NCBI RefSeq assembly: GCF_006345805.1
Contig: NC_043015.1
Span: 21,514,001 to 21,578,000 of the forward strand
Direction: 5' to 3'
DNA length: 64,000 nt
From: Octopus sinensis
Lineage: Eukaryota
A model generated the notes under the pieces. The model did not search any database and was not told where the DNA came from. It saw only the letters and a program-made list of their open reading frames with translations. Below are positions 25,480 through 39,753 of this stretch, piece by piece. Every line of letters begins with the position of its first letter. Position 1 is the first letter of the stretch. The position numbers were made by a program, and so were the translations under genes.

Positions 25480-26049
25480 TTCTATCTCTTTTACCCTTCG
25501 ACTATTGAAAGGAAAAACTGCAAAAATATAACTAAAGTCCACTGAAATAACGAAACGAAGCAAAAATAAGGAAAGAGGAATATGCGGATTTCTAATAGTG
25601 AATTCTATGCACTGTAATAATATAATATTAAAAAGAAAGAATGCGCTCGGAATATCTGACTCAGGGCATTGAAACATTTTGGTGATTCTTGTTTATTTTG
25701 TCTGCGTAATCTAGAGGGTGAATATTTTTCTGAACACCAGGAATAGCAGAGCTGCGAGATTCAGTTTGTTATTTCTTGAAACATAGCCTGCAGCTCTTAG
25801 AGTGATTTATGGAAAATCTTTATATATGTATACATACACACAGAGACACAGACACAAACACACACAGAAACACACCCACACACCCACACACACGCACACA
25901 CACACACAGACACGCGCGCGCACACACACATACATTGGTATCTTGTATTTTTCACTCTGATTGCAGGAAGAATAATAATAAAAATAGTAAAAATGATAAT
26001 AATAATAATAATGATAATAATAAACATGATGATGATGAAGATGATGATA

Positions 26050-26120
<71 letters not shown>

Positions 26121-26280
26121 TATTATTATTATTATTATTATTATATCATGCGAAATACAGACAGATATGACAATACCGCGATCGGTATTTATGCATCAGC
26201 ATATCTACCCTTATCAAAAACAACGGCATCGCCATAACATCCATCAGCATCTCAAACCTGAACAAAAGCAACAACATACG

Positions 26281-26313
<33 letters not shown>

Positions 26314-26869
26314 GTAGTAGTAGTAGTAGTAGTAGTAGTAATAGTAGTAGTAGTAGTAGTAGGAGGAGGAGGAGTACCACACCACCACCACCACCACCAT
26401 GATCATGATCATCATGATCATTATCATCATCGTGGTCATAATTATGCCCAATCGTCCTCCTTATAAGGAATTTATTACATAAATATATTATATGAACTAC
26501 GTTTATGTACCAATAAAATTCTCTATAACCGACGATCAGCACAATTTCGTTGCTGTCAGCTTTGAGTATTCATGCTATCTTCGATTTGGTACAATCGGTA
26601 GGTCTTCGAAAACATGCCTCATGCTATTTGGCCCAATTCTTCTCTACGTTACTATTAATCCCCAAGAGGTCAAATATGCTCTTCATTTTTATTCTGCTTT
26701 GGTGTCGATAAAATAAAGTACCAGCCAAATTTTGAAGTCGATAACATCATATAAACCATTATCTTCAAAACACTTACGTACCATTGCGTCTAAATTTGAA
26801 CCAATATTATCTTAAATAAACGATTTCTTCGTGGTTAACCCGACAATATTTAATAGTTTATATTATTAA

Positions 26870-27540
26870 GCCGTCAGCTGGCAGAATCATTTGCTCCCCG
26901 AAATAAATGATTAGCGACATTTCATTCGCCTTCACGTTCTGAATTAAATTTACTTTTTATCCTTTGAGGGTCGAAAAATTAAGTACCGGCTGAGTACTGT
27001 GTATCGATGTATTTGACTTACGCCCTTTCCCCGTAACATCTGGCATTGTGTTAAGGTTGGAAACTAATGTTATCTTAAAGAAAATGTTTTATCTTGATTA
27101 AATCCACAAAAACTAATTTATATTATGAAGGCAGCGAGTAAGTCGGCGATCTGGCAGAATCGTTATCACACGGGAAGAAATGCTTAGCGGTATTTCGTCT
27201 GTCTTCACGTTCTGAATTCAAATTCTGCCGAGGTCGACTTTACGTTGCATCCTTTCTGGGAGGATAGTATAAATACCAGCTGAATACTGAGGTTGACGTA
27301 ATCGGCTCATATCCACCTTCCCCAAGCTGCCTTTGTTCCAATTATTTGAAATAATTATTAAGGCAGCGAGCTAGCAGAACCACTAGCACACCGCATAAAA
27401 TGCTTATTGTCATTTCATCCATCTTTACGATCTCAATTCAAATTCAGTTGAAAACGACTTTGGTTTTCATCGGATCGTGGTCGATAAAGTAAGTACGATT
27501 TGAACAATAAAGCTGATGTAATCCGTTTACTCCTCCCATA
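26870..27540 (+). mobile_element. Three head-to-tail degenerate SINE family A copies
   Basis: Heads (GCTGGCAGAATC-like) at ~26875, ~27130 and ~27360, each followed by B box and core remnants. Confidence 0.7.
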
Positions 27541-29377
27541 ATATTTACTTTTATATCTTGATTACCTTGGACTATGGTGTTTCCACCGGAAATACTTCAT
27601 CCGGATAGACCTCCTAAAAATGCTTACATTTGTTTAATTCTCCATCCGTGGGTGATGTTCAACAAAATGTTGAATATTTGTTATCGCGTGTGGGGCAAAT
27701 AGCTCTGCAATTCTTGTCAATATTGAAAATCAAACCACTAACATTATTTGATATGTAAAGGTGGGCAGTGATCAGAAATTTCTGGTGGCCACAGAGAAAG
27801 AAATTGATTGCTACAAAGAAAGGACATGTTTCAAATATGTTATGAGCCCACATTAAATTTTATTACAGTTTGCAGAAGTTAGTGCGGCAAGCATATAAGA
27901 ATGAGGAAACTGGTGAGGTTAAGTAGGCAGCTAATTGCACTGTAATTGCCTGGTGGCAAGCATTTTAAGATAGTATTTTCTGTTGGTGGGTTTGGGTAAT
28001 ACGCAGTGCGTGCTGTGTACCTCGAATGACCAAGTGTGTTTTCTCCTTAATATCGAAAAACAAACTTTGCATTTTCTTTTCTTACAATTTTGTACGTTAT
28101 TGCAAACTTATTTCCTCATGTTGACTTTTATTTATGATCTCAAAATGTAGAAGACGCAAATGGAATTGGTTATCTTTGTTGTTTTATGTCATATTTCATC
28201 ATTGTCATAACTCGGGATCTTGTCACAACTCAGGATCATCAATACTTGTTATAAAACTTCTGTTACTGGTGAGTGGGAGCGCTTAGTTGATTACATTGAC
28301 GCCAGAACTTGACGAGTGCTTTATTCATCGATCACCAGTGACTGAATAGCAAAGTCGGCCTCACAGAATTTCACCTCAGAGTAGAGACCCGGTAGAAATG
28401 TTGTTAAAAATTATGTCTGGAGCGGTAACGATATTGCCAACTATCTGCCTTATCAATACTTTCAATAGTATTACTATTAGCAATAATATTAATAGGCCAG
28501 TTTGGTTTTTGTACGTACCTGATGCGTGCGTCACGCTTAAGAGAAAGAAACTTTGTTGCTTAAACAAAAATTTTGTAGATCTCTTGCAATCTCTAGGAAG
28601 AGATTTGAAACCACCACCTATGTGTTGCATTACAACTTCTCAACAACTACTCCTATTAGGCCACCGGGACAAGAAGGAGCTTAATGAGAAAATTAAGATA
28701 CTTAAATTTGTCGCATGTCCTGCAAGGGAGAGAGAAGGTGAGAGAGAAAGAGATTGAGAGAGAGAGGGAGAGAGGGAGAGAGAGAGGGAGTGGCTGATAC
28801 ACACACACGCACATTTGTCTTTAGGTCTTCTACCCATTTAAATTCGGCCATACACCATTTAATATGTTAAGTCTTGTGTTCCGAAATTTAAATTTTGAAT
28901 TTGTTTTAAATATAACATTACATCTCAGCTAGAAAGAGACATCTTTTGGCTTTCGAATACAACATTTTATTTCTCTTTCTATATTTTTGTTAAGTTACAA
29001 TTTGCCTGTTTCGTGAAGATTGTTCCTATTTCTTTTTTCTTGTATCAAGTAATGGACAGAAGCATTAAAAAAAAATTAAATTCATAGAGCCGAATAAAAT
29101 CAAAAATATTAATTCTATTTTTCCCCTTTCCTTAATACTAACAAGAGAGATCTTGCTGTTATTTGTAGCAAATTGAACAACCACACAGATTTGTTCAATT
29201 GGCTCATTTGTTGGTGTGTATAAGTAAACAAAAACTAAAACAAACTCACACACACATACACACACTCACACTCACACTTCCAGCTCGATTAAATAAGTAC
29301 CAGTTACGTACTGGTTTCGGTGTAATCGAGTTAATCACTTCCCCCAAATTTCAGGTCTTGTGCTTCCAGCAGACGGG

Positions 29378-29466
<89 letters not shown>

Positions 29467-29738
29467 AAGTATTAGTAGTAGCAGTAGTAGTAGAAGTAGT
29501 ATTACTATTATCATCATCATTGCTTTTGCACAGCTTCTAACGCTGGTGATGTAGTACGGTGCGAGCTGTTCACTACGAGTGAACTAAGGTAACACCACTC
29601 ATCTTTCGAGTATTATCCGGAGTATTCGAGCGGTTCCAAGCAGTGCTGCTTACTGCAAGTGTTTCACGCTTATGGCAGCCCCTATTATTGCTATGTACTT
29701 CTCAAGATTTTTTACTCACTGTTCCCAGGGTGGAGCAC

Positions 29739-29811
<73 letters not shown>

Positions 29812-29813
<2 letters not shown>

Positions 29814-29970
29814 GGCAAGGGCTGGCAGAATCGACAGCGACATTTCGTTCGTCTTCAAGTTTTGAGTTCAAATTCTGCCGAGATCAGCCTTTCTTATTCA
29901 TTCTTGCTGGGTCATAAAATAAGCACTTCCCCAGAAATTACTCGCCTTTTCATAAAATTTGAGACTGTTA
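29812..29970 (+). mobile_element. SINE family A with internal deletions
   Basis: GCTGGCAGAATCG..GAGTTCAAATTCTGCCGAG. Confidence 0.6.
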
Positions 29971-29973
29971 TTA

Positions 29974-30007
<34 letters not shown>

Positions 30008-30440
30008 TACTACTACTACTACTACTATTGAAAACAGCTAAAATACTGATATATGCTTATACAAAATGTTCTCATATTAAGACATTCTACAAGTATCATG
30101 CCTGTATCAACACTTTTATGCAATTTTACCTGTAGAAAAAAATATTATTAGTTGGAGAAAAGTTTCTTAAAATTATCTCCAAAATATCCTGAGGTAGCGC
30201 AATTTGCAAGTGTGCAAATTATGATTAAAACATATTGAGGAGAAAAACATATGAACTTACAAAATCCAACTAATTCGTATACACATCGGTGCACGCGTAT
30301 TCATATATATGTGTGGGTGTGTATGTGTGTATTTGTGTGTGAGTGTTCGTGAACGTGTATTCATATGCATACAGATATAATGGCTGATGTATGCGTATAT
30401 ATATATGTATATATACAAACACATATATATATATAAGATG

Positions 30441-30497
<57 letters not shown>

Positions 30498-30507
30498 ATC
30501 AGAATAG

Positions 30508-31232
30508 CTAGCAAAATTGGATCAATGGGTTCCTCACAAAATTTGCGTGTTTAATCGCGTCCAGTCAATGATTGTGTACTCTTCTTTGCTGTCTGGTCTC
30601 ACCAAGGAACCTTTTTTCGGACCGAATAGTGACTGGTGACTGATCTCTATAAACATGTCAAGCGCCGGAGATTGTGGGTAGGAAAACGAGAAACACCGGC
30701 ACCCATGCTAAAGAAGGTCTTCCCCCACGTAAGGTGTTGTTATCTGTTTGGTGGGATATGAGAGCTTTAGTCCACTTTGAACGTCTAAAGCAAAACCAGT
30801 CGATAGGAAAGATTTACTGCAAGTAGCTTGAGGGCTCAATTCAGCGCTAAATGAATAACGACCATCTTCGTTTGGTTTCAAGAAGTAAGATGTTCTTCCA
30901 TCAGGATAATGTTCGGCAACATACATTCAAATGCTGGAACAGTTTGAATAAGAAATGATGCCCACTCCTCCACCATATTTGCCAGACAATGCCCCATCTT
31001 ATTATCATTTATGCCGCAGCTTTCAAAATCATTTGGACGTAAAAATATGAGGAGAGAAATGGAGCAGTATTTTTCGTCACGGAAAAGTGAAGCTTCGGAA
31101 AAACGGCCTTGCAAGTCTAGCAGTTAGATAGAAGAGCACTGTAAGGAACGAAGGAGAGTATATTTTGATTTTAATCTTAATTTTGAAAAATAAATCAAGT
31201 ATGGAAAGCTGCATTATATATGGGATGAACTA

Positions 31233-31233
<1 letters not shown>
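30508..31233 (+). mobile_element. mariner remnant (3' two-thirds)
   Basis: KLDQWVPH, KVLLSVWWD and HQDN motifs with many stops; probable TIR remnant TATGGGATGAACTAAT at the end. Confidence 0.75.
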
Positions 31234-31284
<51 letters not shown>

Positions 31285-31307
31285 TATATATGCATATACA
31301 TACATAC

Positions 31308-31342
<35 letters not shown>

Positions 31343-31376
31343 TTAATATATATATATGTACAAACATACCTTCCCC

Positions 31377-31432
<56 letters not shown>

Positions 31433-32651
31433 TATATTTGTTGCACGTATTCATCCACAAGCGTGTAAATGCATATATATCTGTGTTTATGTGAAGATGA
31501 AGCTTCTTCCAATTCGGTTTCCCGTTTCACATTGTTGTAGCCATTCAAGCCGAAAAGAGGAACGTATCATGATATTCGACAACTTTCACGAACGTTTTCA
31601 ATTATAATCAGCCATACGCACCGTCAAGAAAAGTTTCGTTACTAGAAGATTAGTTAAGAAAATTTGTCATGCTTTCATGCCTTAATTTCAATCGGCAAAT
31701 CTGTTTGTTTTTATCATGTATTCACTTTCGGAGGGACATGATATTTTCATATCATAATATTGCGTTTGTATGAGCAATTTGTATTATTGATAAATAAATG
31801 AATTCATTTTTACAGATATTTGGCTATTTTTCAGGGTATAACAAATCTATTCTGTAGGACAATATTGTAGTTATTTGGAAACATATGCCAAGTGTACTTT
31901 AAGCAGATGCCAATAATATTTGCCAATCCTGGTAGTATTTTGTGTTCGTAAAAGTAATATGTTGTTGCTTAGTTCTTTAGCAGAACATCGTGACTCACGA
32001 ACAAATTTAAGTTGGTAGAATGAAGCATGTTCTCTGAATGCTTAATTTCTTTATGTTCCTTTGCTGTAGTGAGAACGAATAGAGAAATTTGTCTAGTTCG
32101 AAGCTAGTGGAGATGCATTGTAAAAAATACATACCCACAGACATACACATATACATACATACATAATATATATCAGCCGAAATTACTACGATGATCCGGT
32201 TCTTGACTGAAGACTGAGGGGTTCGAATGTCCTGTCCATGTTTATTGTATCGTCTTCTAAGAGTTATACGTTCTTGTCCATGTTGTATTTTTCTACTTAC
32301 CTTAATATATATATATATATATGTATATGAGGTTTTGTTAAGGAAGAGATGGTTCTTTTCATATGTGACTTATATCCAAGCGTCCTTCGGTTTATCCATA
32401 CATCGGTGAATTTACTGGCATTTGATTCTTTGAATTACTATCAGTGTTTATAAGACACTAGTACTCTACACAATATTGAATTCCGTTAGTCCGTATAGAT
32501 GATTGCATCTGAATCAATATATGCAAATATAATTTTAGTAGTATAATATAAAGAAAATGGAGAGTTTGAATGCAAAAAAAATCAACTTATTTAGATAATT
32601 GTCGATTACTTTATACCTACGATCGTTTCAATATCTATCTTCAATTAATGC

Positions 32652-32860
32652 GGCCAGGTGGCAAAAACGTTAGCACGCCGGGTGAAATGCTTAGCGATAT
32701 TTCGTCTCTCTTTACGTTCTGAGTTCAAATTCCGTGAGTTCGACTTTGCCTTTAATCCTTTCGGGTTCGTTAAATTAAGTACCAGTTGTGTACTGGGGTC
32801 GATCTAATCGACTGACCCCTCCCCGAAAATTTCGGTCCTTTTGCGTTGAGTAGAAAAGAA
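32652..32860 (+). mobile_element. SINE family A, full length
   Basis: A box, B box GAGTTCAAATTCC, core and 3' GAGTAGAAAAGAAT. Confidence 0.85.
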
Positions 32861-34064
32861 TATCTACCTTCATTCATTTTACAATTAATAATTGCATTAT
32901 GAGTTTAACAGCTTCAGGCTGTTAAAGAAGGCATTTGATAGTGCTTAGATGATGTGCTCAGCTGTCTAGTAATTGCGTAAAGCTGAGAGTTATATCGTTA
33001 GAGAGGTTGATGATTTGACTCTTTAAATCATACATGTGGAATCTCCTAAGAAATTACTTGTCGTATAACTTGGTCAATACTTTCTCATTAAGACCTCCTC
33101 TACACAGCAAAACAGGAGAATGCGGGGAAAGTGTTGATGATCAATCTGGGGAAATACTCGGTTAAATATCATAAGAAGATATATTAGATTATTTAACCGT
33201 GAGTTGAAGAAGTAATTATCTTCAAGAGAGTAAAAAAATTACTAATTTCACACTGCAAAATTAATTGCTCTATATCTCATGGCAAATTATTTTATTTCTC
33301 TTCACAAATATAGCGTAAATGCTTTAAAGAAATTGAAAGCTGATATCTTTAAAAATTATATTTTAAATGATAAATGCTATTTCATACAGGAGTAGGTTAC
33401 TCACTAAACGAAATTATTCGGAATAGAGAACCTGTAGTATGTTTTGTACCCTTGAAAGGTATTTTCTGAGATGTATACAAGCAAAATAGCATTAATTAAT
33501 GTTTTACCATGCTCAGTTCAATTTGCTTCTGGTACAACAGAAATAGGCAAAATAATACTTTACGATACAAGCAAGTAAAGGAATACTGAAAACAAAAGAC
33601 AAACAGAGAATCAGAAGTCATTATCGATAGATAATGAATAATTTGTGAAAACGCCGCAGAGATTAGATTCACAAAAAATATTACACAACATGTAAACTAT
33701 AATATTACATAACAGCGTCGCCAATGAAGGTCAAGTGAAGTCATATATCGCCGAACAACACATGTTCTTCTTTAAATTGTTGGGTCATAGATACATTCAG
33801 GAGACTAAAATATGTTTGAATATGATTGTCTTGATTACACACAATTTAATTAAATTTAGTGTGATTGTTCAGTTTGAACAAAGTAGTGTGAAAATGAACA
33901 GCAGGATAATTGCAGAAACAGTAAGTAGTATCTGTCATTACACACAAAAGGAAATTTGCTGCAGGTTTAGAATAGTAATGGTGGGGGTGGGGATGATGAG
34001 GATAACAACAACAACAACAACAACAATAATAATGTTAATAATAATAATAAAAGAGGTTGACAAA

Positions 34065-34245
34065 TATTATCTACTAACATGAGAGGTAGGACATTTATTG
34101 GCTATGGGAAAATTGGAGGTGGTCCCAGGTATTGACGAGGTGCTTCGTAATGCTAGTAGCAGTGTTGAAAACTATGTTTAAAGAATCGGTTGCAGATTCA
34201 TGGTCACTAACAGAAAATAATAGAACTTGGAACTGCTAGAGTACT
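34065..34245 (+). mobile_element. Highly degenerate R4/Dong-like RLE remnant
   Basis: Lies between (AAC)n/(AAT)n tracts; KLEVVP..IIELGTARVL-like translation. Confidence 0.45.
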
Positions 34246-34263
34246 TCTACAACAACAATAATA

Positions 34264-34333
<70 letters not shown>

Positions 34334-34347
34334 TAATAATAATAATA

Positions 34348-35643
34348 ATGATAATGCACCACCCTAAGGCAGATACAGAACGACTATATCTGCCAAGAAA
34401 AGAGGGAGGCCGTGGTCTTTTGCAACTGGCAATAACAATGAAGATTGCTACAATTGGCCTAGACACCTACCTGAAAAACTCTGAGGACTGGTTGTTAAAA
34501 CTTGTCTCAAAACATGAAAACAAGAAAGCATCATACTCAGTAACAAAACAGGCAAAGGAATATCTAAGTGAATTCCGAATACAACCAATTTCGGAATTAG
34601 AGATAGACATCCAAGAAACAAGCACAGAAAAAGCTAGGCGCATGAAAACCCGTGCCAAAACTGCGGCCTTAGATATTCTGAATAATAAATGGCAAGAAAA
34701 ACCTCTCTATGGCAAATACCCAAAGAGAGCGAATAATGCAGATATTGACAAAGCCCTGACCCATCAATGGCTAATGGCCTTTGGCTTAAAATCTGAAACA
34801 GAGGGGTTTATCATAGCAGCTCAAGATCAATGCCTACCAACAAGAAACTACCAGGCTAACATATTAAAGAACGGCAGTAGCCCAACATGTCGTGTATGCC
34901 GACAACAAAATGAAACAATTGATCATGTTGTCTCCAAATGCAGTCTTCTAGCGCCTACAGAGTACCTCAACAGGCATGAGAGAGATGCACAATATATTCA
35001 CTGGGTAATTTGCAAAAACCTGGATTAGCCCCATGAAAAAAACTGGTGGGAACACAATCCACCTCCAGTGCTTGAAAATGACCACATCTCACTCTGGAAC
35101 TTCACCATTCAAACTGACAGGAAGATAGATGCAAATAGGCGAGACATCATATTGAAAGACTTCAGACAAAGAACATGCCTCCTCATTGATATGACTGTCC
35201 CAATCGATATAAACATATCTGTCAAGACCTACCAAAAACTGAGCAAATATAAAGATCTTGAAATAGAAATCTGGAAAATGTGGAAGCTGAAGACTAAAAC
35301 AATACCTGTTGTCATAGGTGCCCTGGGAATGATAGCGAAAGGGACTGATTGCTACCTAACTCAGATACCAGGAAACCCCAAAATGGCAGAAATTCAAAAG
35401 ATAGTGATCATGGGAACTGCTCATATCCTACGCAAACAAACTTTTTTATTTTTATTTTTTTTTTAATTTTATTTATTTATTTTTAATTTTTTTTTATTTT
35501 TATGTATTAGACATTCACTAGTACAACACCAACAAAAATAAACCCCAAATATATGGCACAGAACTTCCAACCTGTTGTCTCTTGAGGTCTCTGGGTGAGA
35601 CTTGGCGCCAACTTGTACAGACATACAGCAAAAGTCAAACATA

Positions 35644-35646
<3 letters not shown>
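34348..35646 (+). mobile_element. 5'-truncated R4/Dong-like element, same family as 1221-2808
   Basis: Near-identical protein and 3' UTR ending CATAGAATAATAAT; flanked by (AAT)n. Confidence 0.9.
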
Positions 35647-35694
<48 letters not shown>

Positions 35695-35699
35695 CAACA

Positions 35700-35850
35700 A
35701 TGGATGTATCAATACCAATGGCTGACAATGTATCTGTAAAAGGAGCGGGGAAACTCCCAAAATGCAATGATCCGGAAGTAGTGGTAACCTGAATGTGGAG
35801 CCTAAAAAACGGAAACAATCCCTATAATAATAGGTGCATTAGGATCGACG
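35700..35850 (+). mobile_element. R4/Dong-like RLE remnant
   Basis: MDVSIPMADNVSVK..PIIIGALGS. Confidence 0.55.
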
Positions 35851-36169
35851 TGGTTAACACGTCAAAAGGCGAAATTTGAGCTTAGAACGTAAGGACGAAC
35901 GAAAACCGGAAGCATTTTGTACTTGTGTGTTTGTGTGTTTGGGTGGTTTACATGGTTGCACATATGTGTGAACGTGTATATTATTAGCATGTAGGTATAT
36001 ACACAGATATTTATGTTGGCAAAGCAGTGAGGTAGTGAAATACATTACTATAATTAGAAAGACACGTACAGTTAATAAACTCTCGTCTATGTTATTCAAA
36101 AATGAAAATAACTCTGATGTTTCATCGAAACATATATTTACTAAAATTACATAAAAATATCTTGAAATA

Positions 36170-36500
36170 CTAAAGAGCGAATTTATTCAGTACATTTGCC
36201 ATTGGCTTCAACCACGGCCTTCAGACGACTTCGGAATCTCCTGCAATACTTCTGGACGGTGACCTTGTTTAAGTTGTTGAATGCTGCCATAACCCTTGCC
36301 GTCAGTTCTTCTTTGGTGTTAAAAGGAGTTTTGTTAGTCTCTCTCTCAACTGCACCCCACACATGTTCATCAAGGGAGTTACAGTCCGGGGAATTAGGTG
36401 GAAAATGTTAGGGGTATGTCCTCGCAGAAATTGTCTGATATCCATGGCTGGGTTCTCCTGCTAGTGTGGTATGGTGCAGAGTCCTGTTGCCAGACATAGT
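36170..36500 (-). pseudogene. Tc1/mariner DD37D (maT-like) transposase C-terminal remnant
   Basis: YVWQQDSAPYHTS..PPNSPDCNSLD. Spacing is about D37D after correcting one small deletion. Confidence 0.7.
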
Positions 36501-36519
36501 GATAAGTATTGTGAAAAAT

Positions 36520-36725
36520 ATTGGCTTCAAGATTTAGCACAAGGCCAGAAATTTGCGGGTAGTGGTTAAGTCATTTAGATTGACCCAGGGATTCAACCGA
36601 TACTTATCGAATCCAAAAGGATGAAAAGCAAACTCGGCGGAACTTAATCATTGAACCTAAAGGCAGACTGAATGTTGCTAAGCATTTTGCCCAACGCGGT
36701 AACGATTCTGCCAGTTCGCCGACTT
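36520..36725 (-). mobile_element. SINE family A, degenerate
   Basis: GGATGAAAAGCAAACTCGGCGG..AACGATTCTGCCAGTTCGCC. Confidence 0.7.
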
Positions 36726-36954
36726 AATATTGTGAGAAATTTTGAGTGAAAAACTTCTCATGGTATATGCCATTTTTGTTTATATTTTGGAGTACTTGCA
36801 CCCACTTTACCACTATCTTTCGATTACAATTAGAAGCAACCGTGTCTTGCTTTGGGGCATAAATAAGTTAATTCTTTACAGTGGTGAATTTGTAAGTGAA
36901 ACAATTAAAAATTTCCTTTATGTTAACCATTTCTTAAAGAGCTTTTACAATATA

Positions 36955-38243
36955 CGAGGGGCGTTCAATAAGTAATGCCCCTGACACACTTCCCATAGCA
37001 GTAGAGCAACGAAACTTGGAACAGTTATTAGTCTTTTTCTACATAGAAACCACCCAGAGTTACGCATTTCTCCCATCGTTTGATGCAGCTCTGAAGACTG
37101 TTTTTGTAGAAGACCCCAGATTGCTCCTCCAACCACGACGTGACTTCAGAAATCAAGGCTGCATCATCTAGGAAACGCTTTCCTTTCAAATGCAACTTCA
37201 TGGCTGGGAAGAGATGAAAATCAGAGGGTGCAAGATCCGGAGAGTAGGGGGGATGGGGAGGAGTTGATAGCCGCACGCCTGTGCTTCTGATCTGGCGACA
37301 CGCGAGTTGTGGATCGGGGCGTTGTCCTGCAGGTGGAGGATGCCTTTGCTGATCTTGCCCCGCCTCTTGATTTTGATAGCTTCTCTTAATTTCCTCAAAG
37401 GTGAAGCATAATAGACTCCTGTAATTGTGGCACCCTTTGCCAGGAAATCTGTCTTCACTACTCCGTCCTGGTTCCAGAAGACTGTAAGCATGACCTTGCC
37501 AGCGGAGGGCTGCACCCTTGCCTTCTTTGGAGGAGGTGAGTCACAGTGCTTCCACTGCATTGACTCGGCTTTGGTCTCTGGATCATAGTGATGGACCCAG
37601 GTTTTATCCTATGCAATCAGTCTTTTGAAAAATTTTGACTCATCTTCTTGGCACATCTCCAAATTCATCCTCGAGGAATCGACGCGTTCTTGCTTCCGGA
37701 AAGGTGTGAGCAACCTGGAAATCCATCTGGCAGACACCTTTTGCATATGCAATTGGTCATGAATGATAGTTCCAAAGACCCGGTACTAATCTTGACCTCA
37801 TGGGCTATTTGGCGAATAGTTATGCGTCGATCTTCCAAAATGGCAGCCTCAACTTGACAGACAGATGCCCCATCAATGGCAGAAGGGGCCGACCAGATCT
37901 GGGAGCTGTTTCCACAGAGTTTCGACCATGTTTGAATTCACGATGCCAGCGTTTTACAAGGTCATATGATGGGGCATCATCACCATAAGTTACTTTCATT
38001 TCATCAAAAGTCTCCCGTGGTGTGCGTCCTTTCAAATACAAAAACCGGATCACTGCTCGACACTCAACAGGCTCCATTTCACACTTGACTCAGTTCAAAC
38101 ACCTGTAAATCGGAAACCACTATTAGTTCAGAGCTGTGTTTTGCCACTTAATCTATAGAGATATAAATAATTGCACATGCAAAATTAAGCTAGATCAAAC
38201 AACTGGAAGTGGGTCAGAGGCATTACTAATTGAACGCCCCTCG
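36955..38243 (-). mobile_element. Full-length mariner (irritans/Hsmar2-like, DD34D), 1289 bp
   Basis: 31-bp TIRs CGAGGGGCGTTCAATAAGTAATGCCCCTGAC match at 29/31, with TA TSD at both ends. Transposase 38077-37028 has two frameshifts and one stop. Confidence 0.95.
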
Positions 38244-38710
38244 TATATTTGCTTAGAAACTGTTGTTTTGGAAGCGAAGAATTATCTTGGTATACGGTTT
38301 TAAAGAAGGCGTTGGAAGAGAATGATGCACCAAAACAGAAGTTTGTTGAGCAATTATTGATGGTGGTTGAGAAAATAAGTTAAATATGTGAAGTAAGAAT
38401 AAAATTTTGCATGGAAACATTACAAATGCTAATGTCTTTCAGTTATACGGCTGTAGATCATTTTGAAAGATGAAGGGAATCCTGTCTACACATCTAACTC
38501 ATCATGGAATTTTCCATTCAAATATTAAAATTATTTGTGATACATATTAATCGCTATTCACGCACGCTATCAGCAATGAGCCTCAATGCAGGTCTTCATG
38601 AATGGAATCGAGCACGTGAATCAATTAAGCATTCGCTAGGCACGACACAAACATGACGAACTTACACAAACAAGCCCATGCACGTGCTAACAGATGTATG
38701 AATGCATGAA

Positions 38711-38746
<36 letters not shown>

Positions 38747-39134
38747 TCAAAATAAGAACATGATGCCAAGGATTCAGCGGTACATATGTTTCGGGCCTTT
38801 ATTAGACGGATTTATAACAATGCATAATGTGTGTCTATGGCCTTCTTCAGCCGCGCACAATTACTACCTCAAGGACATGTATTACATCAAAAATTCTACG
38901 TTGGGGATGCAAATCCTCTCATTCGCGTACGACATGATGCGGCAACAGCACAAAAATGAAGCGTCCATCTCGTCCTTCTCTCAATGTAGAATGAGGAAGT
39001 TTGGATGTTGAGGTAATATAAATAAATGAATAAATAAATATATACATATATAAATACAGACAGACGTGAAGTAACTTGGTAATAAGAGTAAATAGGGATA
39101 AAGATGGAGGTGCGAGAATTCAGGACGAAGGATA

Positions 39135-39332
39135 AAAAAATATAAAAATGTGAAAGATAAAAGAATATAAGTATAGAAATATAAAAATATAAAGAATAAA
39201 GATATAAAGAGATATAAAAGTATAAATGAATATAAAGATATAAAGTTATAAAAAAATATAAAAAAATATCAGAAATATAAAGGATATAAGAATATAGAAA
39301 TTTAAAAGAATATAAGGATAAGGGATATAAAG
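39135..39332. repeat. Degenerate A-rich minisatellite (ATATAAAG-like units)
   Basis: Repeated TATAAA(G/A) 8-9-mers seen directly. Confidence 0.6.
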
Positions 39333-39705
39333 TTGTTACGGACCAACATGGTGGTCAGGAAAATGACATATTCTGGTTGTAGAAGCCGTGGGTGTCATAA
39401 ATCAACCGGGACCTAGTGTATTGTAAAGTAGAGTTGTCTGGTTAAATCGCTTATCTAGTTCCTCGTTACGTGTCAAGTGGTCAGCATGTACATACATACA
39501 CGCATGGATACATACACACATATACACGCGTACATATACGCACGCATACACAACCACACGCATATAAGCATACATACGTACTCTCGTGTAAACATATACA
39601 GATATACACGGAAAAAGGCGCATGTAGTTGGGTACACGAACCGACGCGCATACGTACGTATATACATACACGCACATGCTTACATTTATCAAGTACTCAC
39701 CCTAA

Positions 39706-39753
<48 letters not shown>

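Noticed and set aside
28398-28757. 119-aa non-repetitive ORF
   Set aside because: No recognisable motif, begins at the edge of a SINE remnant and ends in (GA)n; compatible with chance.
32204-32237. CTGAAGA..TTCGAATGTC hammerhead-like motif
   Set aside because: No convincing stem II or GAAA; at best a decayed relic.
33873-33920. Possible 48-nt exon ending in GTAAGT
   Set aside because: Weak acceptor, no recognisable protein and no partner exons; expected by chance.
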